Below are positions 37,187-49,000 of a stretch of DNA of 64,000 nt, in pieces. The position numbers and the translations under genes are program-made. The notes under the pieces are model-generated. The model searched no databases. It saw only the letters and a program-made list of their open reading frames with translations, and was not told where the DNA came from. Source of the DNA: an uncultured virus (IMG/VR IMGVR_UViG_3300022856_000004) (lineage: Duplodnaviria > Heunggongvirae > Uroviricota > Caudoviricetes); the IMG/VR virus record IMGVR_UViG_3300022856_000004, one strand, 5' to 3'. Numbering within the stretch: position 1 is the first letter of the stretch; each line of letters starts with the position of its first letter.

Positions 37187-37975
37187 TTATTTATTAATTT
37201 TTAAAGGTGTCAATACATATTTTGCGTGTATATCAGAGTTTTCAAAATCAAAGAATAATGCTGACATAGGAATATCATTTGATTGTGTTGCAATTGCATA
37301 ATCTAAAATTACATCATCTGTTATTGATTTTCCCTGTTCCAATATCTTTAATAGATATATAGGGTCATAAACATCAACATGATTATTCTTCTTTGGTACA
37401 TTTGTATCTATAAATTCACAATCTAATCTCAACTCTACATTACCAGATAGATTTTCACCTTCAAATTTCAGAATATTATATTCATCTCCATCTGAATTTG
37501 CAATTCTAACCGAAGTTGGCTTGAATATAGATATTAATTTAGAGTATGAATTAATAAAGTCATTGTTTAAATGACATGTTAATGTTGGAACTGGAATATT
37601 AACAATATCTCTAACGTCTTCATATTCTGAATTGCATCTAAATGATATTTTTCTTTTTGTGTCATTAGCATGTAAATATAATGGAATCCCATTATGATTG
37701 CCTTCAACCTTAAAGTTTATATCATCTTCCATTATAGATAGAGTTTTCTTCAATTCATCTGCATTTTTTAAAATAACACCACCAGTCTCACCATTTATAA
37801 ATGGATGTTTGAATATAGTTGTAGTTTTAAACTGTGTATGTGTTGGTGGTTGCATAGTAACTTTAACTCTGCTATCATCGTAATTCAACTTAAATGATAA
37901 ATGTTGTTCATTTATCTTACCTAATAAAAAGGTATCTATGTATTTGACAAATACATCTCTCTTAACTGACATCAT
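37187..37975 (-). CDS. putative sliding clamp (gp45-like)
   Basis: Size (262 aa), C-terminal KYVLTP, position between PolB and the clamp loader. Confidence 0.6.
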   Translation of the reverse strand: MMSVKRDVFVKYIDTFLLGKINEQHLSFKLNYDDSRVKVTMQPPTHTQFKTTTIFKHPFINGETGGVILKNADELKKTLSIMEDDINFKVEGNHNGIPLYLHANDTKRKISFRCNSEYEDVRDIVNIPVPTLTCHLNNDFINSYSKLISIFKPTSVRIANSDGDEYNILKFEGENLSGNVELRLDCEFIDTNVPKKNNHVDVYDPIYLLKILEQGKSITDDVILDYAIATQSNDIPMSALFFDFENSDIHAKYVLTPLKINK

Positions 37976-38294
37976 CCCTCCAAGGGTTAATAAAAATTTG
38001 ATAAATTATATTCTTCTTCTTTTCTTTTTCTGTTTTCTTTATTACGTCAATTTCTTTTGGTTCAACTTTCTTATTTACAAATAACTCATGTTTGGATATT
38101 CTATCTTTGGTAGTATTAAAAGATTTTTCTTCTAATTCTATACCAATAAAATTTCTATTTAGATTAGCACATACTATACCAGTTGTACCAATACCATAAG
38201 GTGGGTCGGTAACTACTGCATCAACTGAATTATCATTTAAAACCTTTAAAACTTTAAGACTATCGCCTTGTAACAATGTGTGTGTATTACTCAT
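37962..38294 (-). pseudogene. internally deleted beta-class N6/N4 DNA methyltransferase
   Basis: GDSLxxL...SVDAVVTDPPYGI joined directly to GTTG...RNFIGIE; the TRD and DPF part of motif I are missing. Confidence 0.75.
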
Positions 38295-38323
38295 TAATTT
38301 CCATTATTACCTATATTATATTA

Positions 38324-38355
38324 CAAACTTACGAAAAAGAAATTACATTACCAAA
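38324..38355 (-). promoter_or_regulatory. Bacteroidota-type promoter
   Basis: TTTG-N20-TAAGTTTG. Confidence 0.8.
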
Positions 38356-38357
38356 TT

Positions 38358-41105
38358 TTAATAAAAATCATTACAATTTACATTATCAGTTGGTAATCTC
38401 CAATTAGCCGTATCATATATAGCTGATAGCTTATTACTTAACTCACTATCGTATATCTTCTCTATATTAATATATGTTTTTATAAACTCCATAATCTTAG
38501 GGTATGGTGTCTCCATAGGATAACCAATAATACTAAGGTTAAATGGATTATGTTTTAAATATACATATTTAATCTTATCACCTTGTTTTATAGCTTGATA
38601 CTTAAAATCAGCATCGAAGAACTTCAATAATCTATTATACCCCAAAGCAGCCTTAACTGGTGCAGTAGCACCTTTTTGAAACACATATATAGTTTTGTCC
38701 AACTCTGGATCATCATATTGATCTAACGTCTTAACAGATGATATTTTCGATATATATTCTAGATCATCAGCAGTTATAGAGTTCATCAAATCAATTATTA
38801 GTTTATCACATTTAGGTTTATCATTTTCAATTAACATTATATTCAATAACGTAGATAAATGGTCTTGGAATTTAACTGGAAATGAAGATCTAACAACTTC
38901 AATACCTTTAAAGTCAATTGGATTGGCTAAATCACGTTTTCCCTCACTATCAACTACATATTGTGCATATCTCTTCTTACCTAACCATAAACCACGTCTA
39001 GTTATTTTCTCACGGTTAAACTTCAATCTATTATTATTAGAATGTAATGCTGATTTTGAGAATATCTCTAATGAATCATTTATAGAATTACAATAATCTT
39101 CTGCTATATCTGATAATTTATCTAAGTCTTCTTCTTTGTATTCTGATGGGTGAAATGGTAGATAACTTGAATCGGTATCATTATAGATAATAACATCATC
39201 AAATGGTAAGTCGTGTTTTACAGAGTATAGTTTGTTGAATACATACGATGCATATTTAATAATATCTCTACCAGTAGATGTTACTGCACTTGCATTCTCC
39301 AAGTCATAAAATCTAAATGTTTCTAATCCTAACACACCATATATAGAGTTTAATAGGATTTTTTGTACTAATTGTAATTTATCATAATATCGTTCCATAT
39401 CATAATCACCGTCTTTTCTACAAGACTTCATCTTATCTTTATAATCTAAACGTTTATCAAACCAATCAGATAATATTTCTGGTATTAGACCTATTTTATC
39501 AGTAGAATACATCATACCATTAGAAGCTATAGTATATTTATTTTCTAATATAAACTCTATAAATTCATCTTTAGTAACTTCAAATACTTCTTTATTTAGA
39601 TTTTCAAGTCTAAGTATAGTATCATCATTTATATAACCAAAGTCATAATTAATCTTATCAAAATCAACATCACCATCAACAAAGCGTGATATATACTTCA
39701 TCAGATTGACTTCTTCCCAATTCAATATCTTACCTGCTTTAGTTTCAGGAGATATATTCAACGTTATAATGATAGATGGGTATAATGACTGTAAATCTAT
39801 AGAGAATAACCATTCATATATATTAGTCTCTGGTAATCTAACGTATGCACCCTCAAATGCTAATTTTATTTCTACGTTCTCTTTGAATGGTTTGGTTATA
39901 TGTTTATTTAGATAAAATACACCATCTTCATAGTTATGATATTCATATACATCTGCTTTCTTAACTCTAAATACCTTTAATAAGCCATTAGTTGGTATTC
40001 TATGTCTTACAGCATCACAATCTACATGTAACTCATTAAGTCCTATTGTATGAGCTTTATTAGATGTTATATTCATACGTGGTTTCTTATTAGGTGCTAT
40101 TATGGATTTTCTATCCATATAACTCATAATAGCACCTTCGATAACAGATGATGAATGTTTGAATTGTTGATATGGTATATGTGATATATGACATATTCTA
40201 CGTGTCAACTCCACAAAGTCCAACTTAGCATCTAACTCTTTTATTAACTTAACATCGACTAAGTTATACTCTATGAATTTTTCAATGTCTTCTCTGAATA
40301 ACGTATCTAAACTACCCTCATAATCTATCTTACCATGACCTAATTCATGTTTAGATACATAGTCTAGTTTATAACTTGGTAACTCTGAATAGTTATAGTT
40401 CTTATATACAATCATATAGTCTAATGACGCTAAACCTGCTATATCAACATACTTATTTCTTTCGCTATATTTAACTATACCTATAGGACTTAATTTCTTT
40501 ACCCAATTATACCCTAATATATTTTTAATTCTAAAATATAGGTATCTAATATCAAAGTTATCACTGTTCCAACCTAATATTATATGTGGGCTTATTTCAG
40601 ACATTTTATTTATAAACGCCTTTAATAGATTAACATCATTATTATAAGATGTAACAATTACATTAGCTTCTTTATCATACGAATGTTTATGTTCTGACAC
40701 TACAAATACATAATATATATCTGATGTCTGGTCGTACAACGCAATTGACGTTATATAATTATTGGCTTCTTCCGTTATCAACTGACCAGATACCATTTCA
40801 ACCTCTATATCGACAATAACTGTCTTTATATTAGTTGATACATCATCACTAAAATTATACAATTTAATTAATTGGTCTATATCAGGTGATAGATCCACTT
40901 GTAGATAATCATCCGAATTTCCATTGTAAGTTTTGGATGTTACAACTGGATGATCACTAAACAGATATTTCAATTCTGTTTCTTCTTTTGGATCCTTAGC
41001 TAATCTAAAAAATTCGGAATCACGTTCAAAAGATACATATCCTTCAGTGTCATCCCATAAATGATATAGATTTTCCTTTCTATCAAAGTATATAGATTGG
41101 TACAT
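38358..41105 (-). CDS. family B DNA polymerase (gp43-like)
   Basis: DIEV, GWNxxxFD, YNxxD; DLQSLYPS, KILLNSIYG, YNDTDS, KKRYA. Confidence 0.95.
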   Translation of the reverse strand: MYQSIYFDRKENLYHLWDDTEGYVSFERDSEFFRLAKDPKEETELKYLFSDHPVVTSKTYNGNSDDYLQVDLSPDIDQLIKLYNFSDDVSTNIKTVIVDIEVEMVSGQLITEEANNYITSIALYDQTSDIYYVFVVSEHKHSYDKEANVIVTSYNNDVNLLKAFINKMSEISPHIILGWNSDNFDIRYLYFRIKNILGYNWVKKLSPIGIVKYSERNKYVDIAGLASLDYMIVYKNYNYSELPSYKLDYVSKHELGHGKIDYEGSLDTLFREDIEKFIEYNLVDVKLIKELDAKLDFVELTRRICHISHIPYQQFKHSSSVIEGAIMSYMDRKSIIAPNKKPRMNITSNKAHTIGLNELHVDCDAVRHRIPTNGLLKVFRVKKADVYEYHNYEDGVFYLNKHITKPFKENVEIKLAFEGAYVRLPETNIYEWLFSIDLQSLYPSIIITLNISPETKAGKILNWEEVNLMKYISRFVDGDVDFDKINYDFGYINDDTILRLENLNKEVFEVTKDEFIEFILENKYTIASNGMMYSTDKIGLIPEILSDWFDKRLDYKDKMKSCRKDGDYDMERYYDKLQLVQKILLNSIYGVLGLETFRFYDLENASAVTSTGRDIIKYASYVFNKLYSVKHDLPFDDVIIYNDTDSSYLPFHPSEYKEEDLDKLSDIAEDYCNSINDSLEIFSKSALHSNNNRLKFNREKITRRGLWLGKKRYAQYVVDSEGKRDLANPIDFKGIEVVRSSFPVKFQDHLSTLLNIMLIENDKPKCDKLIIDLMNSITADDLEYISKISSVKTLDQYDDPELDKTIYVFQKGATAPVKAALGYNRLLKFFDADFKYQAIKQGDKIKYVYLKHNPFNLSIIGYPMETPYPKIMEFIKTYINIEKIYDSELSNKLSAIYDTANWRLPTDNVNCNDFY

Positions 41106-41171
41106 TTATTGTATTTGTATTTGTATTGAATGTCATATATGATATGACTTAAAAACTAAAAAAACTAAAAA

Positions 41172-41600
41172 TTAAGATCCAGTAGAACCAAATCCACCAT
41201 CACCACGTTCGCTATTAGATAATTCATCTACTTCGATTAAATTAATATCTTCTAACTTCTCAATTATCAATTGAGCTACTCTATCACCAACACCATATAC
41301 ATCGTATGGTGGGTAGGCATTTGTGTATTTAAACATTACGAATATCTCACCTGTATAACCACAATCTATTATACCAGTTGAATTAGCTAACATCAAATCA
41401 GTCTTTGATATTGAACTTCTTGGATATATTTTACCAACATAACCTTCTGGTATTTCAATTGACAACCCAGTACCACATTTAATACCTATATTAGTATCAA
41501 TTACTGATGTTGCAACCATATCAAACCCAGCATCTGTTTTATGTGCTTTGGTTGGTATTTGTGCGTATTCATTTAATCGTTTAAATTTAACATTTAACAT
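41172..41600 (-). CDS. dut: trimeric dUTPase
   Basis: AGFD, PRSS, GIIDxGYTGE, GDRVAQ, RGDGGFGSTG. Confidence 0.95.
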   Translation of the reverse strand: MLNVKFKRLNEYAQIPTKAHKTDAGFDMVATSVIDTNIGIKCGTGLSIEIPEGYVGKIYPRSSISKTDLMLANSTGIIDCGYTGEIFVMFKYTNAYPPYDVYGVGDRVAQLIIEKLEDINLIEVDELSNSERGDGGFGSTGS

Positions 41601-41693
41601 TTGAACCTTAGAATTAAATTAAAAATCAAGAATCACTACTATATATTAATAGTGATTCCGTTACTTTTTCTCCACATGGAAGATAAGCTAAAA

Positions 41694-41894
41694 CTACTTA
41701 ACTGAAAAATTAACATCATGTTTTTTCATTTGGTCTATTTTGACTGGAGTTAAATATTGAACTATTGCTCCAACAACAAGCTCTGTTTCTGGATCAACTA
41801 TAAAATTTATAGTCTTGTTATCAGATTCGTCCTTAACTGACACTGTAAGTTTGATGCCATTTATAGCACCTAACAATTCATAAATAATTTCCAT
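41694..41894 (-). CDS. hypothetical protein
   Basis: 66-aa ORF. Confidence 0.6.
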   Translation of the reverse strand: MEIIYELLGAINGIKLTVSVKDESDNKTINFIVDPETELVVGAIVQYLTPVKIDQMKKHDVNFSVK

Positions 41895-41904
41895 TATTAC
41901 CTTT

Positions 41905-41941
41905 TATTTAAAATGGGTAGTGGATTAAAATACTACCCATT
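41905..41941 (-). terminator. intrinsic terminator after the T9SS-cargo gene
   Basis: AATGGGTAGT/ACTACCCATT 10-bp stem. Confidence 0.6.
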
Positions 41942-41948
41942 ATTTTAT

Positions 41949-43505
41949 TTACATTGTAAATTTATAAACTGATGTTGTACCATCAAATTCAATTATAATC
42001 ATAAAATACATACCACTATTATAACCTGATATGTCTATAGTTGGTTGTACAGAGTTACCACTAACTTCATATACGACCTGTCCTATATAATTAGCTATAT
42101 ATAGATGTGATACTGTTCTTGGATTATCAATAGTAATTATACCATTGCTAATAGAACTATATACACTTATATCTTGAATATTATTTTTATCTTCTATTTC
42201 AACACTTAAAGGTATATCCTTAATTAAAGTAACCAATATATTAACTGTATCTGGCTTAACGCTCTTTAAGCTATCAATAACAATAGCCATATCATCAATT
42301 ACTTTATATAAACTATCTTCTTTACATTCATCTATAATAGTAACTAAACCAGTTTCAACATTCAATTCCGTATATACATCATCAGTAACAAATTTGAACT
42401 TTAACGTTGAATCCATTGGATTAACTGTATATTTGTAATTAGTTTGTAATTGCCAATTAGTATTTATTTTGGTAAATGTTTCTGATGAATTACGCTGAAC
42501 ATATACATATACATATCTAAAGTTAGTAGAATACGCCCAAGCAAACTCTATAACATCAGTAACTTTATATATACTTCCGATTGGACCAACTTCAAACCAC
42601 TTGTATTGACTTTTGATTGTAACTTCATTTAACTTATAGCCCCACTCAGTATAAAACTCTAATAATATAGTTTCATCTATACCAATTGAAGTTGTATATT
42701 CATATACAGATTGGTTATAAGGTATAATACCATACTCAACACCATCTTTATAAACTACTATATGCGTATATTCTGATATTCTATTTGAGTTAATTAATAA
42801 TTGTACTTTCTGACCATCTTTATAAGTTGATAGTTCAACTTCATTCTTATTGATTACATATAACTCTGCATTTACAAACGTAGCATTTTGTGTCTTTGCT
42901 ATTGCATAATTAATACCGTCATAAGCAAGTCTAAATTTAACATCTTGCATAGCAAATTCATTATGAACTGCTATAGTTTTAGATGCTACATCAACATCAC
43001 CCAATCCAGTCCATGTACCTGATGCTAATTTATATTGTAGTTCTAATCTACTTGGAACTGTACTAATATCAATATCCCAAGTTAAATAGAATATATCATC
43101 ATACCAAATAGTATCTATGTTATTGAATGTACCTGATGCATAAATGACATTTATATCTACATCTGTAACGTCAGTTGGTAATATTGAGAATGTTCCAGAA
43201 TTTCTATTTCCTGTGTGTATTCCAAGTTTACCATTTGAAATTAATCTATCGGGTATATATTCTACCGATATAGTATTTGAGTTTCCCCAACCAAATGTAT
43301 TAGATATTTTAGTCCATGTATTAGATGCTACATCTAACTCAGAAATATAAAAATCTGTTGGTGTGTTTGTTTCAATTACTTCTAATTGATATTCAACATC
43401 ATAAAAATATTCCGATTTATTCGCTGTTTGTTGCTCGAACGTTTGTTCTGCATTTACATTGGTAGCGATTACCAGTAATAATGATAATATTAATTTGTTT
43501 ATCAT
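41949..43505 (-). CDS. secreted beta-rich protein with signal peptide and T9SS type A C-terminal sorting domain
   Basis: N-terminal MINKLILSLLLVIATNVNA; C-terminal ISVY...NGIITI...IxNxIGQVV...IDISGYNSGMYFMII...YKF. Confidence 0.75.
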   Translation of the reverse strand: MINKLILSLLLVIATNVNAEQTFEQQTANKSEYFYDVEYQLEVIETNTPTDFYISELDVASNTWTKISNTFGWGNSNTISVEYIPDRLISNGKLGIHTGNRNSGTFSILPTDVTDVDINVIYASGTFNNIDTIWYDDIFYLTWDIDISTVPSRLELQYKLASGTWTGLGDVDVASKTIAVHNEFAMQDVKFRLAYDGINYAIAKTQNATFVNAELYVINKNEVELSTYKDGQKVQLLINSNRISEYTHIVVYKDGVEYGIIPYNQSVYEYTTSIGIDETILLEFYTEWGYKLNEVTIKSQYKWFEVGPIGSIYKVTDVIEFAWAYSTNFRYVYVYVQRNSSETFTKINTNWQLQTNYKYTVNPMDSTLKFKFVTDDVYTELNVETGLVTIIDECKEDSLYKVIDDMAIVIDSLKSVKPDTVNILVTLIKDIPLSVEIEDKNNIQDISVYSSISNGIITIDNPRTVSHLYIANYIGQVVYEVSGNSVQPTIDISGYNSGMYFMIIIEFDGTTSVYKFTM

Positions 43506-43561
43506 AACTAACCTAAAAATTTAACAACTATAAATAAATATAAGTTAAAATTTTAATTCCT

Positions 43562-43589
43562 TTAAATAAAGCCGAGTTTTAAGTCGGCT
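43562..43589 (-). terminator. intrinsic terminator
   Basis: AGCCGA/TCGGCT stem followed by TTATTT. Confidence 0.55.
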
Positions 43590-43733
43590 AATTTATAATT
43601 AATCTTTCTTAATATTAAAAAACCTAAGTTTCCACCTTTTATTTTCGTATTGTGCTCCATAAATACCAAAAAGATATTCATCTGCATTCATCATAATCGC
43701 CATTTACACCATCCTAATATTCATCAATAGATT

Positions 43734-44048
43734 TCATAGCCGCCTTTGTCTTATAGTTCTATTTTCAATTTCTTCTAAAAACTCATCTGGTAATCTAGGA
43801 ATTTCAGACCAATATAAAATATCTTGTCCGAAGTATGTGGATGGTCCAAAAGTCTTCCAGTTGTAATCCCTCTTGTTATTACTTTCATTTTTAGCTTTAT
43901 TCCGCCACATAATAACTGACCTATGATACATATCTTCAGGATACTCCCAATTATCTCCGTGATACCATCCAATAACACATTTACCAAATTCTGGTAAACT
44001 GTCAGATGTACGATTCCATTTAAACTCACGTGTTTTTTGACTAAACAT
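43734..44048 (-). CDS. DUF551-like phage protein
   Basis: WxxxSDSLPE ... ILYWSEIP. Confidence 0.6.
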   Translation of the reverse strand: MFSQKTREFKWNRTSDSLPEFGKCVIGWYHGDNWEYPEDMYHRSVIMWRNKAKNESNNKRDYNWKTFGPSTYFGQDILYWSEIPRLPDEFLEEIENRTIRQRRL

Positions 44049-44101
44049 TTAGTCTCCTGTAATTAATTAATATTAAATACTACATGTATTTATTTATTTT
44101 A

Positions 44102-44133
44102 CAAACTTACAAAAAAGAAATTACTATTCCAAA
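44102..44133 (-). promoter_or_regulatory. Bacteroidota-type promoter
   Basis: TTTG-N20-TAAGTTTG. Confidence 0.75.
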
Positions 44134-44291
44134 TTATTTATTTCCATAGTATCATATTTTAATTTTACATTGATACCTGAACCACCAGTAAAATAATCAC
44201 TAATATCAAAATCATGATCAGACATAATAATATATACTATATCTAATATAACGTATTTACGATATACAATAGTTTCATACACAACACCTAC

Positions 44292-44516
44292 CTAATTTAG
44301 ACGTGTTACAGTTATATCATGTACATTTCTATCAGTACCAAATGTGTTTATTAAGAACACATCAACATTATCCTCTATAGAATTATATAAGTTAACTTCT
44401 AACGTTTTATCCTTTACTGACGTTAGAGCAACTCTACATATATCATATTCTGGTATTTCATTATACCATTTAGTCACTACACAGCTCAAATCTTTATCTT
44501 TGAATATTCCAAACAT
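44292..44516 (-). CDS. hypothetical protein
   Basis: 74-aa ORF; the frame stays open beyond its TAG. Confidence 0.55.
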   Translation of the reverse strand: MFGIFKDKDLSCVVTKWYNEIPEYDICRVALTSVKDKTLEVNLYNSIEDNVDVFLINTFGTDRNVHDITVTRLN

Positions 44517-44537
44517 AATCTTATACCCACTTATTAA

Positions 44538-45956
44538 TTATAAAATAAAATCTTTTTTTGAATCATCGAAATTCTCATCAGTTGCGAAAGTTATAGATTG
44601 TCTTTCTGATAACTTGCTATATATTGATGACACTGTTGTCTTCTTACTTTTTAATAAAACATCATCTTCTATTTTTAATTTGTCCATTAACACCTTAACA
44701 TTTTTAGATGTAACATAACCAAATTTAAAATTACCTATCAATCTACCTTCTCTTAGAATAGCTTTATCTATATCAAATTTATCAGTATTAAATGTTAATA
44801 TCATTTGTATCTTCAAAGCACTATTTAATATACCATCAGTTGAGTTTAATAGATTGGATATACCATTTGATACATTACCATTATCTCTACTTAATAATAT
44901 CGATTCTGCCTCTTCGACGATTAATAATATATTCTCCTTTACGTCCTTATTCTGAGCTGATAGCTCAGTTAGAAAGCCAATAAACGAAGGATCAGTTAAG
45001 TTATTAATCATATTAGGCTGTACAAATATAACACATTTATTATCTAATCTACGTAACATATGCTTTATACAATAAGACTTACCAGAACCAGGTACACCGT
45101 GAAATAACACGATTCCTTTAGTTGATGTTCTTATATTAGAAACTAAACTTTCATATCTATCTTCAAACCCATCACCATAATGAATATCCAAATCTTCAAA
45201 TTTATCATTTATATAATCTAATTTTATAGATTTCAATGTAAATCCAGAATGTGTTGTGCTTATTAAATTAACATATTCAGTCTTATTGATAATATCATTA
45301 TATGATATAGTTGCTTTGGAAAAATACCCTATTATAGAATTATATACATCTATAGAATCTTGTATTTTATCTGCACCATAAGGATTTATATCTAAAGTAA
45401 TTGAACCTATATAAGAATCATTTAATGTTTCTGAATCGTAATCATCATCGTAATATATATCATCGTCATCTGTATCAACTTGATATTTAGTATCATCATT
45501 TAAACCCATTATATTAATTGTTAATATACAAGGCAAACCATTTAATGTATACTTAAAGTCTAAATATAAATCTCTATTTATTTTACCACGCATCCCTATC
45601 AATGAGAAACCAAGTGATAATATTTCATCTAATACAGAATCGTCGTATTTGTGAACTACTCGTTTTTTACTTTTAAAACTATTATTTAAAATGGAAGTTA
45701 TATCAATTGTTATTGGTGTATTAAGACCACCAGAAGTTATGAACCTACGTTTTATCAATGTAGAATTAGAGTTAGTATCATAATCCAACGTAACAATAGC
45801 ATTAGCATCGTCATCACGTGACAATTTATTAGTTATATCTATTTTTGATATTAATTTAAGAATACTCTTATACATTCTATTAGTTAATATATTATTATGT
45901 ATTGTATTAGAGTTTATTTTTTCTATACTACTATTAGTTCCATTTGATATTAACAT
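44538..45956 (-). CDS. AAA+ ATPase
   Basis: Walker A GVPGSGKS, Walker B LIVEEAE, LLNxxDG, TFN, IDxAxLRxGR. Confidence 0.85.
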   Translation of the reverse strand: MLISNGTNSSIEKINSNTIHNNILTNRMYKSILKLISKIDITNKLSRDDDANAIVTLDYDTNSNSTLIKRRFITSGGLNTPITIDITSILNNSFKSKKRVVHKYDDSVLDEILSLGFSLIGMRGKINRDLYLDFKYTLNGLPCILTINIMGLNDDTKYQVDTDDDDIYYDDDYDSETLNDSYIGSITLDINPYGADKIQDSIDVYNSIIGYFSKATISYNDIINKTEYVNLISTTHSGFTLKSIKLDYINDKFEDLDIHYGDGFEDRYESLVSNIRTSTKGIVLFHGVPGSGKSYCIKHMLRRLDNKCVIFVQPNMINNLTDPSFIGFLTELSAQNKDVKENILLIVEEAESILLSRDNGNVSNGISNLLNSTDGILNSALKIQMILTFNTDKFDIDKAILREGRLIGNFKFGYVTSKNVKVLMDKLKIEDDVLLKSKKTTVSSIYSKLSERQSITFATDENFDDSKKDFIL

Positions 45957-45976
45957 CGATCACCTTATTATTAATT

Positions 45977-46004
45977 AAAAATAATAGAGAGTGTTTCCAC
46001 TCTC
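45977..46004 (-). terminator. intrinsic terminator after nrdJ
   Basis: GAGAGTG-GAAA-CACTCTC followed by TATTATTTT. Confidence 0.75.
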
Positions 46005-46010
46005 ATTAAA

Positions 46011-49000
46011 TCACCCACATTTACTAGAGCCACAATCTAAACAAGTAAGACACCCATCCTGATATGCTAAATTTGTGGATTTGCATTCGGAACATTCATG
46101 CCCAGTTACAACTTCCAAATCATTTATATATCGTTTAAGTATACGTTTAACACCTGATTTCCATGATGTTATAATATCACCATCTAAATTAAGACCATCT
46201 AATAAATCAACCACATATTTGATTGGCATACCATGCCTTAAAATAGCACTTACAATTCTACTAACATCATCGAATTCCTTAATCCCATACATTTTCAAAT
46301 CAATAGTTGTAATTCTATCATCACCCTTCATATATATAAATATATATTCTGATTTACCGTTTATTTTGGTTCGTTCAATCCAACCATTAGTAACATTATT
46401 AAGATTAAAATCTATATTATCAACTGGAATGGTAAATAGTTCGTATGGCTTATCATTATATAATCCAACAAAACCAAACCATTTAGTACCATTAGATGTA
46501 AAATGAATAACATCACAATTTATTGTTTTGGGTCGTTTTGGTGCTTTAGTATCTTCAAATAAATCAATTTTAGTATCATTATTTGAAATTAAAACTCCAC
46601 TACGAGATCCATCTCTATATATAGTACACCCCTTACATCCACTTTCCCAAGCAGTCAAATATATTTTATCAACTGTATCCTCATCAATATCATTTGGTAA
46701 ATTAACCGTTACTGATATTGAGTGATCTACCCATTTCTGTATTTCACCTTGCATCTTAACTTTCTCCACCCAATTAACATCATTTGATGTTGCTTTATAA
46801 TATGGAGACATAGATATTATAATATTAATCGTATTTTCATCTAAACCTACAAGATATTCTTTACATTGATTATAATCCCATGATTCACTTATAACATCAT
46901 TAGTTATATTAGAACGTATGTCATTCTGATTGTAAAAGAACCAATCTATGAATTTATGGTGAAATACATTAAATTCCATCCATTTATCACCTAATTCATC
47001 TACAAAATCAACACGTGTATTTCTATCAGTTGGATTTATTTTTCTTCGTCTTCTATATGAAACTAAAAACACAGGTTCAACCCCAGATGAAGTCTGTGTC
47101 ATCATTGATACAGTTCCAGTTGGAGCAATAGTTAGTAACCCAATATTACGTCTTCCATATTTCAATAAGTCATCTTTTATAGATGGGTCAGATTCTAATA
47201 TCCTATTTATAAATGGATTGTCTTTCTCTATATCCCAATCCCATATTGGAAAATTACCTCTATCTTTTGCTAATTGAACTGATTCCCTGAATACATTTAT
47301 AGCATAACGTTTATGAACTTCTACTGAAAATTCAGTAGCAGGTGGAGTTCCATATATTAATCCCATAGCAGCTAACATATCACCTTCACCAGTAACACCT
47401 ATACCAGTTCGCCTACCCATCTCACATTTATATTTAATTTTAGTCCATAAATCAATTTCAGTTTGCTTGGTATTAATATCTTCAGGGTCTAAATTTATTT
47501 TTTCTAATATAGAATCAATTTTTTCTAATTCCAAATCAACTATATTATCCATTATTCTCATAATATATTTAGAATGTTCATCGAATAATTCCCAATCAAA
47601 TTCAGCGTGTTTTGTAAATGGATTTTTAACGTAACTATATAAATTTAAAGCAGTTAATCTACAACTATCATATGGAGGTAAAACAATTTCACCACATTGG
47701 GCAGTGAATACACCTATCATATTATTATGTCCAATTGAATTTTCTTTTATATCAGTTATAAATGCCAATGTATGATTATCATCAACAGTTATATTATATA
47801 CATCTTCATAACCATATATCTCTACAGATTTTACTTTGTGGTTATAATCAATGGATTTATATTTTAATTCTTTATATGTTTTAAATGGTGAATTAGGTCC
47901 AAATCTAAATGGAATATTATTTGTTTTACATCGTTCCTCCCACTCTACTTTGAGTGGGGTTCTATCCAATTCAAATTTCAAATCAGAATATATCTTAATT
48001 TGTAAGTCTTTATGTTTAATTTTAGTATCACTTGCTTGTCTACGAAGACCATTTAAATTAGAGTTATCTGGTTTAGACCATGAATTCAAAGTAGAACATT
48101 TACGTGAACAAAATGTAGACTCTTTTGCATCATACGTAGTGTGGAATTCAGAGTTGCAATTTTCACATTTTTTATTAATGTAAACCTTACCTGTATCTAT
48201 AAATACATCCAAATTCAAATCCATACCTTTATGTAATGTTTTAACTACTCTAGGATCAACATCATTATATTCACCAAATCCAAGTTTATTTGCTGCCCAC
48301 ACTGATAAATCGTTTAAATCATACCCTAAAGTATCAACTCTCCATTTTGATAATGACTGTGGTATACCTTTCGATTTAGCAAATGTTGACCATTCCTTAT
48401 AAGAAAATCTTCTTCTGAGTGTACTCGTTAAATCCAACGCATATTCTTTAATGTCTTCATTTGTAAATCCAGAGTATTTTCCATTCTTTTCTCCTTGTGT
48501 ATCATTATCAGCATGATACTTGGCATGTTCTCTGAATGTCATAATCTCTAGATTATCAGGTGAATTATTTAATCCATTATAATCTTTATGATGTACAACC
48601 AAGCCACCATTAACCCAACCATTAACCTTATTTGCATTGTATTTTTCAGACCATAATTCTGGATTGTTATATTTAGCAATTAACTTATGCTCAAATAATT
48701 TATCAATCGTAGAATCTTTGGTATTAGTATTAATTCTATAATATGGATTAGTATTATTCTTTGATATGCGTTCTGAACGTTTAGTAAACCTCATTAAACT
48801 ATCACCACATTTCAAATCCTTAGCCTCTATTTTAGTACCATCATATAATAAAAATTTATGATTTGTAGTTGTCTTAATAGATGAGCCATCATCAAGTGTT
48901 ATTTTTAGAATTTGTCTATCATTAACAGTTAGTCTTGGATTCCTACCCATTTTAATATCTACTTTCCCAGTGATTGGATCTACACTATAAACAGGAACAT

